Source: Alphaproteobacteria bacterium (lineage in GTDB: Bacteria > Pseudomonadota > Alphaproteobacteria > JAOXRX01). Taken from it: a DNA stretch of 64,000 nucleotides. Location: positions 52,651-116,650 of the forward strand of contig JAOXRX010000037.1 of assembly GCA_025800285.1 (NCBI GenBank), read 5' to 3'. The notes beneath the pieces are model-generated. The model did no database searches and was not told where the DNA came from. It was given only the letters and a program-made list of their open reading frames with translations. Numbering within the stretch: the first letter of the stretch is position 1; each line of letters opens with the position of its first letter. A program made the position numbers and the translations under genes. This document shows positions 45,472-55,156 of this stretch, piece after piece.

Positions 45472-48400
45472 TTAATCAGTCCAATTTTCAAGCCAAGCAT
45501 TAAGAGCTGCTTTTGCTTCTTCTAATACTTCGTCTGCTTCTACAGCCATATCTTTTAAATCTTGCATTTCTTCTTTTTGAGAGTCTTTTTCAAGAGCTTC
45601 CATAAAGTTACCAACAATTTTAAGACCAATATTTCTAGACATTCCTTTTAGCAAATGAGCTTTTGATTTTATTTGATCTCTATCATTCTCAGATATTGCT
45701 TCTAGCAAGTCTTTTTGTGCCTCTTGTGAAGATGCTCCAAATTGAGCAACAAGACCTTGGAAAACATCTAAAGAGAAACTTTTCTTAAGATTTCCTAACA
45801 CTTCCATATCTAAATGCTTCATTAATTCTTCTTCTTGTAAATCTATTTTTTCCACAGATCCTCTGTTCCTTTCTAACGCACCCTTTAAATAGTTAGGGTT
45901 AATTGGTTTACCTATAAAGTCATTCATCCCTACTTCTCTACATAACTCTACATCTTTTTGTTTTATATTACCTGTTATAGCTATCACAGGTGTATTTGCC
46001 TTCATTTCATCTGTTAAAGATCTAATTTTTTTAGTAGCTTCTAATCCACTAATACCGGGCAAATCAATATCCATCAATATCGCTAAGAAGTTATTCTTAT
46101 CTATTAGGCTCAAACCTTCTTCCGCAGACCCAACAACTACTGGATTATATTTAAAGGACACCAAATATTCAGATACTATCTTTTGAGAAACAGGATCATC
46201 CTCGACAACAAGAACATAAGGAAGTCCTTTAACTTCTTCATTTTTCTCAATTTGCACAGATACCTCTAAAGATACTGGGTTTTTATGTTTTGGAACAGGT
46301 ATTTTATTCTTTTCTAAGTTTTTGTTAACACTCTCAAAAGAGAATCCTGAACCAACAGCATCTACATTTGCCATTCTAAGCATAGCACCTCTTAGATAAT
46401 CTGGGTCGACAGGCTTACCAATGAAATCATTCATCCCAGCTTTTCTGCAATCTTGTATATCCTCTTCAGAAACATTACCTGTAACAGCAATAATAGGAAC
46501 CTCAGCCTTTTTCTTATCCTCTAAAGACCTTATTCTTTTTGTTGTTTCCAACCCACTCATACCAGGCATATTTATATCCATAAGTATAAGGTCAAACTCT
46601 TCTGCTTTAATCCAATCTATAGCCTCTTTACCACTTCCTGCAACTTTAGTAGTATGGGCATCATTCTTTAAATAGCCTTCAATAATTTTTTGAGAAATAG
46701 CATCATCTTCTACTATAAGAACTCTATCTATTTTATTAGAGCCATCTTCAGATACTTGATTCAAATCTTTTTTCTTCTTCTCTGTATCATCTTCTTTTAG
46801 TTCTTCTTTTACTTCTTTAAGTTTTTCTTCTTTTTTGGCTTTTGTCTTTTTATTATTCTTTTGAGGACCACCTTCTTCTGAAGACTTACCTTCATCTTTT
46901 TCATCTATTAACTTAAATATTTCAAAAAGAGCTTGTTGAATATCTTCTGGAGAAACAGGCTTGCCTAAACAGAAGTTCACACCTTGCTCCATATATCTTT
47001 TCCTGTCTGCTTCCGCCACATTACCAGTAAGAGCAACAACAGGCATATTTTCCACACCTTCTTTTTGTCTTATATACTTACAAACTTCTATACCATTCAT
47101 ATCTGGCAAGCCCATATCTAAGAATACAAAATCAACATCGCCAGCATCTACCATACGTATAGCACTTGCTCCATCAGAAGCATATTTAGGCAATTGACCA
47201 TTTGAAGATAAGTATGACCCTACAACTTTTTGAGAAATAGCATCATCCTCAACAACAAGTACTTCATAAGACCTATCTTTTTGGTTCTCCATATAGTCCA
47301 TTTGCTCTGTTTTTTCTTCAATTGCATCAGCTATATCGAATTCAACTTCCCACCAGAATGTTGAACCATCGCCTTCTTTAGAAATAACTCCTATTTCTCC
47401 TCCCATAGCAACAACAAGCTTCTTACATATACTTAGACCTAGTCCAGTTCCACCAAAGTTTCTTGTAGTTGATTTATCAGCCTGCACAAACTCTTGGAAC
47501 AACTTATCTTTCGCATCTTCTGGAATACCAATACCTGTATCACGGACCTCTGCTCTAATCTTACATCTCTCTCCTGATCTTTTTATACTTCTTAGAGAAA
47601 CATAAACCCCACCCTCTTTTGTAAACTTAATAGAGTTACCTATCAGGTTAAGCATAACCTGTCTAAGCCTTGTTGGGTCACCATTTATAAATTGAGGAAT
47701 AGTATTATCAAAATCAGCTTTTAGCTCTATTCCTTGTTGTTCTGCTCTAGCCTTCATAGTTAGAACAATATTATCTATAAACTTATGTAAATCAAAAGGA
47801 ATGTCTTCCAGCTCCATATGTCCAGAAGAAAGCTTTGAGAAATCCAACACATCATTAAGTAGTGATAACAGTGCCTCACCAGAATAAGTCAAGTTATCTA
47901 GGAATTCTTGTTGTTTTTTATCTAACTCAGTATTAGCTAACATCCTAACCATACCCATAATACCATTCAAAGGAGTTCTAACCTCATGACTTAAGAAAGC
48001 AATATAACCAGACTTAGATTCACTCTCAGCACTTGCTTTATCAGCAATCTGTTGAATCGCTTTACCTCTTTCAGCCATTTTAAGCAATAGATTTGCTTCA
48101 ACTTCTTTTTCTTGCTCTATAATTTTCATTTTATGAGCCTGTTCTGAAACTTCTTTAAAATGTCTCTCTTCTGCTTTTTTTCTTAATATCTCTTCTTTTT
48201 TAGCTCTAATTCTTAAAGATCTTGCTTTCAAAAACCTCACATTCTCTAGAATTGCTGACAAAAATACTGAGAAAAACAAGCAATAAACTATCGGAGCCAT
48301 ATATAGCACAAAGTTATAAACAAAAGACTTCTCTATAGATTTCATTTGAAAAACATCAAATAAGAAAAGAGGTATTAATGCTGCACCCGCTAACAAACAA

Positions 48401-48900
48401 GAAAAACAGTATTTAGAAACTGTTTTTGGTTGTACAGACGAATAATAGCTACCTGTAACAAAGCATGTAAACAATGCAATAATCATACTTGCAAAACTAA
48501 TTGTCTCTTTTATTTTAAATCTAATGGTCGGAATAAAATTCATTGCAATTAAGAACACCAAACAAACTATTAGTGCATTTATATTCTTATTTATTTTTTC
48601 ATTTGTTAATTTTGTACTAAATATGCTTTTACAAAAAGATATGAAAAATATAGCCCAAACCAACATTAGAAAATTTGATATTACAGCAATATCTGTTATT
48701 GATAAGTTTAAGTTAAAAACCTCTACTTCTATCCCCGCTATTTGTTTAACATATATAGCTAAAAGCCCTGAAATAAAAAGTAAAAAAGACCATAAAAACT
48801 TATTGCTCTTTAGTATTTTAAAAAATTTAAAGTTAGTGTATGTTAAGGCTACAACCAAACCTGAGTCTAAATGACTTATTGATTCCATCCAAGAGTACAT
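45472..48900 (-). CDS. Hybrid sensor histidine kinase: about 7 TM, then HisKA, HATPase, three REC domains and HPt
   Basis: Seven hydrophobic helices at the N-terminus; H-box FLSHEVRTPLNG; N, G1 and G2 boxes (NLIGNSIKFT, DTGIGIP, GGTGLGLSI). There are three receiver domains (VLVVEDDAISQKV.., VLIVEDDAISQKI.., VLVVEDDPVSQKI..) and a C-terminal HPt with KAHLLKGMSRNIG. Confidence 0.9.
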   Translation of the reverse strand: MYSWMESISHLDSGLVVALTYTNFKFFKILKSNKFLWSFLLFISGLLAIYVKQIAGIEVEVFNLNLSITDIAVISNFLMLVWAIFFISFCKSIFSTKLTNEKINKNINALIVCLVFLIAMNFIPTIRFKIKETISFASMIIALFTCFVTGSYYSSVQPKTVSKYCFSCLLAGAALIPLFLFDVFQMKSIEKSFVYNFVLYMAPIVYCLFFSVFLSAILENVRFLKARSLRIRAKKEEILRKKAEERHFKEVSEQAHKMKIIEQEKEVEANLLLKMAERGKAIQQIADKASAESESKSGYIAFLSHEVRTPLNGIMGMVRMLANTELDKKQQEFLDNLTYSGEALLSLLNDVLDFSKLSSGHMELEDIPFDLHKFIDNIVLTMKARAEQQGIELKADFDNTIPQFINGDPTRLRQVMLNLIGNSIKFTKEGGVYVSLRSIKRSGERCKIRAEVRDTGIGIPEDAKDKLFQEFVQADKSTTRNFGGTGLGLSICKKLVVAMGGEIGVISKEGDGSTFWWEVEFDIADAIEEKTEQMDYMENQKDRSYEVLVVEDDAISQKVVGSYLSSNGQLPKYASDGASAIRMVDAGDVDFVFLDMGLPDMNGIEVCKYIRQKEGVENMPVVALTGNVAEADRKRYMEQGVNFCLGKPVSPEDIQQALFEIFKLIDEKDEGKSSEEGGPQKNNKKTKAKKEEKLKEVKEELKEDDTEKKKKDLNQVSEDGSNKIDRVLIVEDDAISQKIIEGYLKNDAHTTKVAGSGKEAIDWIKAEEFDLILMDINMPGMSGLETTKRIRSLEDKKKAEVPIIAVTGNVSEEDIQDCRKAGMNDFIGKPVDPDYLRGAMLRMANVDAVGSGFSFESVNKNLEKNKIPVPKHKNPVSLEVSVQIEKNEEVKGLPYVLVVEDDPVSQKIVSEYLVSFKYNPVVVGSAEEGLSLIDKNNFLAILMDIDLPGISGLEATKKIRSLTDEMKANTPVIAITGNIKQKDVELCREVGMNDFIGKPINPNYLKGALERNRGSVEKIDLQEEELMKHLDMEVLGNLKKSFSLDVFQGLVAQFGASSQEAQKDLLEAISENDRDQIKSKAHLLKGMSRNIGLKIVGNFMEALEKDSQKEEMQDLKDMAVEADEVLEEAKAALNAWLENWTD

Positions 48901-48973
48901 AAATGAGATTCTCCTAATAAATATATATATTTTTTATTATTAAATCATTTAAAGCATATTTTCAAGTAAAAAA

Positions 48974-50260
48974 TCAATTAAACACTATGTTAAGCTTATT
49001 AATAGCATCTTTTATAGGAATAAAGAAATTAATCCCTATTGAATATTCGCCTATACCAGAAACACAAATTGCTAATAGATTTCCCTTATCATCTAGCAAA
49101 GGACCTCCGCTATTTCCAGCTTGCACATCAATATCTGTTTGAATTAATTCATAATTAGATCCTTCTTCTTGCCTCCAAGAACTTACCATTCCCTTAGAAA
49201 GAGTGTTTTTTAAAGATGTTAACAAAGGGGTTCCAACCGCATAGACCGTTTCTCCTAGCTCAGCTTGCTGATCTCTTATAGGTAAAAAAGGTAATTTTAA
49301 TCCCTCAGGTACATCTACTTTTAATAAAGCAATGTCTCTAGATTTATGAACCCGTATAATATCTGCATCCATTACTAAACCGTTTTGATTTTCCACAACA
49401 ACAGAATCAACATCCCCAACAACATGATAATTTGTTAACAAATAACCATCTTTAGAGATAAAAAACCCGCTTCCATGACCCGTTGCCGTTCTTATAAAAA
49501 CCGTAGAGTCCATTACTCGATTCATATTTTTCTGTATTTTATCTTTAAAGTTATTTGCTTTTTTTATCTCTAAACCTTTAAAAGGCCACTTTTCTCTTAA
49601 ACTTCTTTTATTTCTTGGTTTTGAAAATATTAATTTTTGAAACTCTTCATTATTTGCTAACTTATTAGCCGCTGAGGCAAAGGCTTCGTTTAACAAAACC
49701 TCTCTTCCAAATAAGTTTCTATTTTTTAATTTATAATACCCTCTAGTTTTTATACTCATAACTATTTCTTTTTTCGCCACTGAATAAACTTGCCAAAAAA
49801 CAGTCATTTCTCCCTCTCCAGAAACACCTTTGAGCCAATAAAAACTTCTATGGTTGCATTCATTCAATTTAATGCCTCTAATTTGAGCTCCAATTCTATA
49901 CCTAGCTCTTTTTTTATCAGAGGTTACTCCATACATTAAGCCAGGATCTCCGACTACATCATATCCTCTTAGGCTCATTTCTTCAAAAAACAAATCTTGA
50001 TAACTCATTTCTTTAGCAATTTTTCTAATCCCCTTCCAAACCAAACTGTCTAAAGAAGAAGAACACTTTAAACTAAGCATTCTTTTACCTATAATTGCTC
50101 CTCGGGGTAAAGAGTAAGAAACTTTATCTAAAATTATTGGCTCTGGCAGATTGTTTTCATATCTATTATGATACTCTATTAATTCAGGCTTTATTATTTG
50201 CATTTTATTACAAGAGCTAATAGCAAAAAGCATAAAAAAACATGTAATTATTTTTTTCAT
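48974..50260 (-). CDS. Lipoprotein with a C-terminal trypsin-like (S1/DegP-type) serine protease domain and an unknown N-terminal domain
   Basis: Lipobox FMLFAISSC. The catalytic triad contexts are TNYHVV (His), DIALLKV (Asp) and GNSGGPLL (Ser). No PDZ domain was seen. The first 230 or so residues are unassigned. Confidence 0.75.
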   Translation of the reverse strand: MKKIITCFFMLFAISSCNKMQIIKPELIEYHNRYENNLPEPIILDKVSYSLPRGAIIGKRMLSLKCSSSLDSLVWKGIRKIAKEMSYQDLFFEEMSLRGYDVVGDPGLMYGVTSDKKRARYRIGAQIRGIKLNECNHRSFYWLKGVSGEGEMTVFWQVYSVAKKEIVMSIKTRGYYKLKNRNLFGREVLLNEAFASAANKLANNEEFQKLIFSKPRNKRSLREKWPFKGLEIKKANNFKDKIQKNMNRVMDSTVFIRTATGHGSGFFISKDGYLLTNYHVVGDVDSVVVENQNGLVMDADIIRVHKSRDIALLKVDVPEGLKLPFLPIRDQQAELGETVYAVGTPLLTSLKNTLSKGMVSSWRQEEGSNYELIQTDIDVQAGNSGGPLLDDKGNLLAICVSGIGEYSIGINFFIPIKDAINKLNIVFN

Positions 50261-50348
50261 TTTTTAATCTTTCTTTTTTAAAAAAATTATCCTATAATCA
50301 TGACGAAATACATTAAAGAAAATTTAACAAATTTACAAGAGGAATTTT

Positions 50349-50696
50349 ATGGAATACGATAAAAATAATATATTTGCAAAGATATTAAGAGGGGAAATAC
50401 CTAACGATACAGTTTATGAAGATGAATATTGTTTAGCATTTAATGACTTGTATCCAAAGTCTGAAGTTCATATCGTAGCAATACCAAAAGGAGAATATAT
50501 CAATTTTGCCCACTTCAATTCTAATGCTAGTGATATAGAAATATCTAATTTCTTTAAGGCTATATCAAATATAATAAGAGAAAAAAACATTGAATTAGGC
50601 TGTCAAATACTTTCAAATTGCGGTGAAAAAGGTGGACAAGAAATTCCTCATTTCCACATGCATATATTAAGTGGGAATAAAATAAAACTTGACTAA
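50349..50696 (+). CDS. HIT-family nucleotide hydrolase/transferase
   Basis: 115 aa with IFAKILRGEIP and the histidine triad HFHMHIL. Confidence 0.85.
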   Translation: MEYDKNNIFAKILRGEIPNDTVYEDEYCLAFNDLYPKSEVHIVAIPKGEYINFAHFNSNASDIEISNFFKAISNIIREKNIELGCQILSNCGEKGGQEIPHFHMHILSGNKIKLD

Positions 50697-50736
50697 AACA
50701 TGCTTACATACTAATTTGTTCTTTAAAGGTTGAATT

Positions 50737-51423
50737 ATGAAAAAGAATTTATTTGTATTAATTTTATTGCTGTGCACTTCTTGCTCTTACCAGAAATATA
50801 ATATTTTTGGTGGTAAAGTTATGTACGCAGAAGATATAAAACCAGAATATAAAAAAGCTCAAGCAGTTAAAGAGTATAAAGAAGAAACAATAGTAGCAGA
50901 AAAAGAAGAAAGCTCTAATCGACCTCAGATAAAAGAGTTAAAAGTTGGAGAGTTTCCTAATATAAAAGACATCCCAACAGAGCCTAAAAACTTCCCTAAA
51001 AAAGCTGACATAGATAATCAGAAAAGAGATCTTTTATCAAAAACTACTGTTATAGAAAGTAACTCTGCAATTATAACAGAGTCAATCTTCTCTGGCTTTG
51101 ATGACGAGTTATTGCAATTTACTGTTTCAGATATAATGAGCAGAAACTTACCGAAAGAATATAAAGATCAAAGAGCCTTACTATCCGCTTCAATTAAAAA
51201 TGAAATATCTGCTGATGATTTATCAGCTATAGAACTAATCGCAAAAGATCGTATTATAAATATAAAACCTATATTACTATCTTTCAATAAAGATTCAAAT
51301 GATGCATTTATTGAAGAGACTATCTCTACACTACTATTAATGGGAATTGACCCTTCAATGGTATATGTAAATAGAAAAAATTCATCTAAAAACCTTAATG
51401 CAGAAGTATATCTGTACTACTAA
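50737..51423 (+). CDS. Hypothetical lipoprotein
   Basis: Lipobox LLLLCTSCS. The remainder is unassigned. Confidence 0.5.
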   Translation: MKKNLFVLILLLCTSCSYQKYNIFGGKVMYAEDIKPEYKKAQAVKEYKEETIVAEKEESSNRPQIKELKVGEFPNIKDIPTEPKNFPKKADIDNQKRDLLSKTTVIESNSAIITESIFSGFDDELLQFTVSDIMSRNLPKEYKDQRALLSASIKNEISADDLSAIELIAKDRIINIKPILLSFNKDSNDAFIEETISTLLLMGIDPSMVYVNRKNSSKNLNAEVYLYY

Positions 51424-51452
51424 CAAAATTGTGAAATCATGAGGAGCATAGA

Positions 51453-53192
51453 ATGAGTTTATCTGTATTAAAGCAAAAATGGGAATTTAAAGAAGCATCT
51501 GAAAGAGATGTTTTACACCTTTCGCAAGTCAAAGGCATAGATGCAAACATAGCTTCTCTTTTAGTATCAAGAGACATAACTGTTGATAATTATGACAAAT
51601 TCATAAACCCTACACTAAAAGATCAAATGCCAGATCCATACACATTAAAAGATTGCGAAAAAGCTTGTAAAATAATCTGCGACTCTATTGAGAAAAAAGA
51701 AAAAATAGTAATATATGGAGATTATGATGTAGATGGAGGAACAGCTACATCTGTATTTATAAATTTTTTAAAACAGTTAGATACAAATGTAGATTTTTAT
51801 ATACCAAATAAGTTAAATGAAGGCTATGGTCCAAATGCAGAAGTTTTTAAAAGACTCGAAAAAGACACAGATTTAATAGTAACTGTTGACTGCGGAACAT
51901 CTGCTTTTGATGTTATAGATAATACAAATATAAAAGTGGTTATAACAGATCATCATATGGCAGAAGAAAGGCTTCCTAAAGCTGAAGCAATTGTAAACCC
52001 TAAAAGACTTGATGACAACTCTGGACTTGATGGCATAGCTGGTGTTGCTGTTGCATTTTTAGTTTGTGTTGCTGTAAATAGAGAGCTTGAAAATCGTGGT
52101 TATTTCAAAAATAGAGAAAAACCTAATTTAGTATACCTATTAGATTTAGTTGCTTTAGGAACTATATGTGATGTTATGAAACTAGTAGATATAAATAGAG
52201 TTTTTGTGTCTCAAGGGCTAAAGATTCTAAACAAACAAAGCAATTGCGGTTTAAAAGCTTTAATAGATTTATTAGACATAAACAAAAAGATAGACACTTA
52301 TCATTTAGGTTATGTTTTTGGCCCAAGAATAAATGCTGGAGGCAGATTAGGAGAGTCTTTCTTAGCAACAAAATTAATGACTTCAAAAAATTATAATGAA
52401 GCTTTTGAAATTGCTAAAAAGCTTAATAGCCTAAACGAAGATAGAAAAGAAATAGAGAGTCGAATACATGAAGAAGCTCTAGCCTATTTAAGCGATGAAA
52501 TTGAAAACAGAGAGCTAAAAAGCAATCTTTCATTTGTATATAATCCTGATTGGCATAGTGGAGTTTTAGGAATTGTTGCATCAAGACTAAAAGAAAAATT
52601 TAATAAGCCTTCTTTTGTATTATGCTGTGAAAAAGGAGTTGCTTATGGTTCAGGAAGGTCTGTAAGTGGTGTAGATATTGGAGCCATAGTAGTACTTGGA
52701 AAACAAAAAGGTCTTATAAAAGACGGAGGCGGTCATAAAATGGCTGCAGGTTTCTCTTGTGATATAGATAGAATCGAAGAAGTTAAGAACTTTATAAGTA
52801 AACAAATAGCAAAAGCTACTGATGGCAAAGAAATAGTAAAAACTTTAAAAATAGATTCTGTAATATCTATAAAAGGAGCGAACAAAGATTTAATAGAAGC
52901 TATAGATTTAATGTCTCCATTTGGGAATGGAAATCCTCAACCTAGATTCTGCTTTCAAGAATTAAAAATAGCCAAAACAATCGTATTAGCTGGCAAACAT
53001 ATCAAATGTTTTCTAAGTTCCCCATATACAAAAGGAACCCTAGAAGCCATTGCCTTTAATGTTATAGATACAAAAATAGGAGACTTCCTATTAGATAAGT
53101 CCAACAATCCAATATCAGTTGTTGGAACTTTAAATACAAACTCTTGGAACGGTCGAGAAACAATTCAATTAATTATAGAAGATGCAAAATAA
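51453..53192 (+). CDS. recJ: Single-stranded-DNA-specific exonuclease RecJ
   Basis: 579 aa with the DHH motifs IYGDYDVDGGTAT, VTVDCGT and ITDHH, and DHHA1 GGGHKMAAG. Confidence 0.92.
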   Translation: MSLSVLKQKWEFKEASERDVLHLSQVKGIDANIASLLVSRDITVDNYDKFINPTLKDQMPDPYTLKDCEKACKIICDSIEKKEKIVIYGDYDVDGGTATSVFINFLKQLDTNVDFYIPNKLNEGYGPNAEVFKRLEKDTDLIVTVDCGTSAFDVIDNTNIKVVITDHHMAEERLPKAEAIVNPKRLDDNSGLDGIAGVAVAFLVCVAVNRELENRGYFKNREKPNLVYLLDLVALGTICDVMKLVDINRVFVSQGLKILNKQSNCGLKALIDLLDINKKIDTYHLGYVFGPRINAGGRLGESFLATKLMTSKNYNEAFEIAKKLNSLNEDRKEIESRIHEEALAYLSDEIENRELKSNLSFVYNPDWHSGVLGIVASRLKEKFNKPSFVLCCEKGVAYGSGRSVSGVDIGAIVVLGKQKGLIKDGGGHKMAAGFSCDIDRIEEVKNFISKQIAKATDGKEIVKTLKIDSVISIKGANKDLIEAIDLMSPFGNGNPQPRFCFQELKIAKTIVLAGKHIKCFLSSPYTKGTLEAIAFNVIDTKIGDFLLDKSNNPISVVGTLNTNSWNGRETIQLIIEDAK

Positions 53193-53193
53193 G

Positions 53194-54093
53194 CTAATTT
53201 AGAAACTCTTTTATTTCTTCCATATGTTGTTCTTTATCTTTTGAAAGAAGGATTAAAGATCTCAAAAATGCTTTTTCATAAAGAGGTCTTGACCCTGTAT
53301 CCATATATAAATCCTCATCATCCTTTACAGGCATATCAATAGAAAAACCTTCATTTTCATACTTATCTAAGAAGTCATTAATTGCATCAACATGAAACCA
53401 CTCTTGATTATGCTCTTCAACTTCTGCTATATATTTAGATATTATTTCATGAGTATTTTTCATGCACTCTTTAGGAATAGCTACAGGAGAAAATCCTCCA
53501 ATATTTGTAGTTGGATTCTTCGGCTTTTCAACAAGTCTTCCCTCTACTAATATAGCATTATTAGATACATCTTCTCTTTTAATGCCCTGAACCAATATTC
53601 TTTTGTCATCATTTAAGAAGTTATTAATAAATTTATTTAAATTTGTATTACTTTCATCTTTTGATATATAGATATCATCTGGGAAGATCATAACACCATG
53701 TCTTCCTTCTGATTGGTCATAAGCAAGAGCTAAACACTGCCCCGTCCCCAAAGCTTTCTCTTGAATAACATATTTTATATCTGCATCCTCTGGAATTTCC
53801 ACTTCTCTTACAACATCTAGAATATCAAATCTGCCCTTAGCTTCTAATTTTTTCTGTATATCAGAATCATCTTTAAAAGCATTTTTAAAAGCATGTATAA
53901 CTTCTTCATTTGAAACTATTATAGTTATGTTTCTTCCACCTATTTTAAATATATCTTTCAGAATATGATCTATTAATCTATAAGAGCCAAATGGCAGTAA
54001 AGATTTATGAGGAAGTCCTTTTGATTGAGGATAATTTCTTGTACTTAATCCTGCACATGGTATTATAAATTCTATATCATTTATTGTTGTCAT
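53194..54093 (-). CDS. Sugar-phosphate nucleotidyltransferase, GalU-like (divergent)
   Basis: IIPCAGLSTRNYPQSKGLPHKSLLPF parallels the GalU pattern 'viPaAGlGTRfLPaTKaiPKEmLPi'. EKALGTGQCL sits at the 'Q..p.GlGhAvl' position. The specificity is uncertain. Confidence 0.55.
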   Translation of the reverse strand: MTTINDIEFIIPCAGLSTRNYPQSKGLPHKSLLPFGSYRLIDHILKDIFKIGGRNITIIVSNEEVIHAFKNAFKDDSDIQKKLEAKGRFDILDVVREVEIPEDADIKYVIQEKALGTGQCLALAYDQSEGRHGVMIFPDDIYISKDESNTNLNKFINNFLNDDKRILVQGIKREDVSNNAILVEGRLVEKPKNPTTNIGGFSPVAIPKECMKNTHEIISKYIAEVEEHNQEWFHVDAINDFLDKYENEGFSIDMPVKDDEDLYMDTGSRPLYEKAFLRSLILLSKDKEQHMEEIKEFLN

Positions 54094-54179
54094 ATTATTC
54101 TCCTTTTTAATATATTTATTTTCTATAGCAACAATAAAAATATTGCAATTAAATTCTAAAACAATTACAATTTGTAATT

Positions 54180-55085
54180 ATGAGAAAAAATAAACTATAT
54201 ATATTGCTATTTATAATATTTGCTACATTTATTATTGTGCACTTATTTGGGAACTATGCTATATCAGTTATACCCACAACAATTTATAACACTAAAGATT
54301 TATATAAAGCTTATGAAATAAAAGATAACAAGCTAATAGCAAGAGATAAATCAAATCTTGTTAGAGAGATTGAAGCTCAAACATTCCCTGGGACAGTATG
54401 GAAGATTGCAGAAAAAATTAAGGTTAATAATATAGAATTATATAAAGCTCAAACTCCTGAATATTGGAACACTCCTAAAGACTTCTATTTTTATATAGAT
54501 GCTAGAAGTGTAAAAACAAAGTTTATAAAACCCAGAGCTAGAAAACTTATTTTACCAAACAAAGAAGATTTATTAGAAAAACTTAACAAGATAAAGAAGC
54601 AAACTCAAAAAGAGTTAATACCATATATATGGGGAGGCAACACTTTACAAGGAATAACTGAAAATAGAAAATTTTATTCAAGAGGTAAAGACTTATCAAA
54701 ATTAAACAAACAAGACAAAAAACAATTCTTTCTACAAGGTCTAGACTGTACAGGACTCTTATACTATATAACAGATGGCTATACACCTAGAAACTCATCT
54801 TGGTTAAGAACATTTGGAGACCCTGTAGGCATAGAAGATAAAAGTATTGATGATATAATTAAAATGGTAAAACCTCTTGATATAATAGTTCATCAAGGTC
54901 ATATAGTGTTAATATTAAACTCTGAAGAAACCATTGAATCAAGATTAAGTAAAGGCGGAGGAGTAGTAATAACTCCAATTAGAGAAAGATTTGAAGAACT
55001 ATTTGAAACAAAAGTTCCTTTAAATCATGCTCCATTAGGCAAAAGTGAAAACAGCTGGTTTGTCATAAGACGATTCGTAAAATAA
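54180..55085 (+). CDS. NlpC/P60-family cell-wall peptidase with an N-terminal membrane anchor
   Basis: Catalytic Cys context QGLDCTGLLYY and a downstream His (VHQGHIVLIL). The N-terminal TM helix is LYILLFIIFATFIIVHLF. Confidence 0.65.
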   Translation: MRKNKLYILLFIIFATFIIVHLFGNYAISVIPTTIYNTKDLYKAYEIKDNKLIARDKSNLVREIEAQTFPGTVWKIAEKIKVNNIELYKAQTPEYWNTPKDFYFYIDARSVKTKFIKPRARKLILPNKEDLLEKLNKIKKQTQKELIPYIWGGNTLQGITENRKFYSRGKDLSKLNKQDKKQFFLQGLDCTGLLYYITDGYTPRNSSWLRTFGDPVGIEDKSIDDIIKMVKPLDIIVHQGHIVLILNSEETIESRLSKGGGVVITPIRERFEELFETKVPLNHAPLGKSENSWFVIRRFVK

Positions 55086-55156
55086 AATTACTTTCTTTTT
55101 TTTTATTTTTATTGTATAAAACTCTTGGAAATAAAAAATATTAGAAAGGGCTATAA

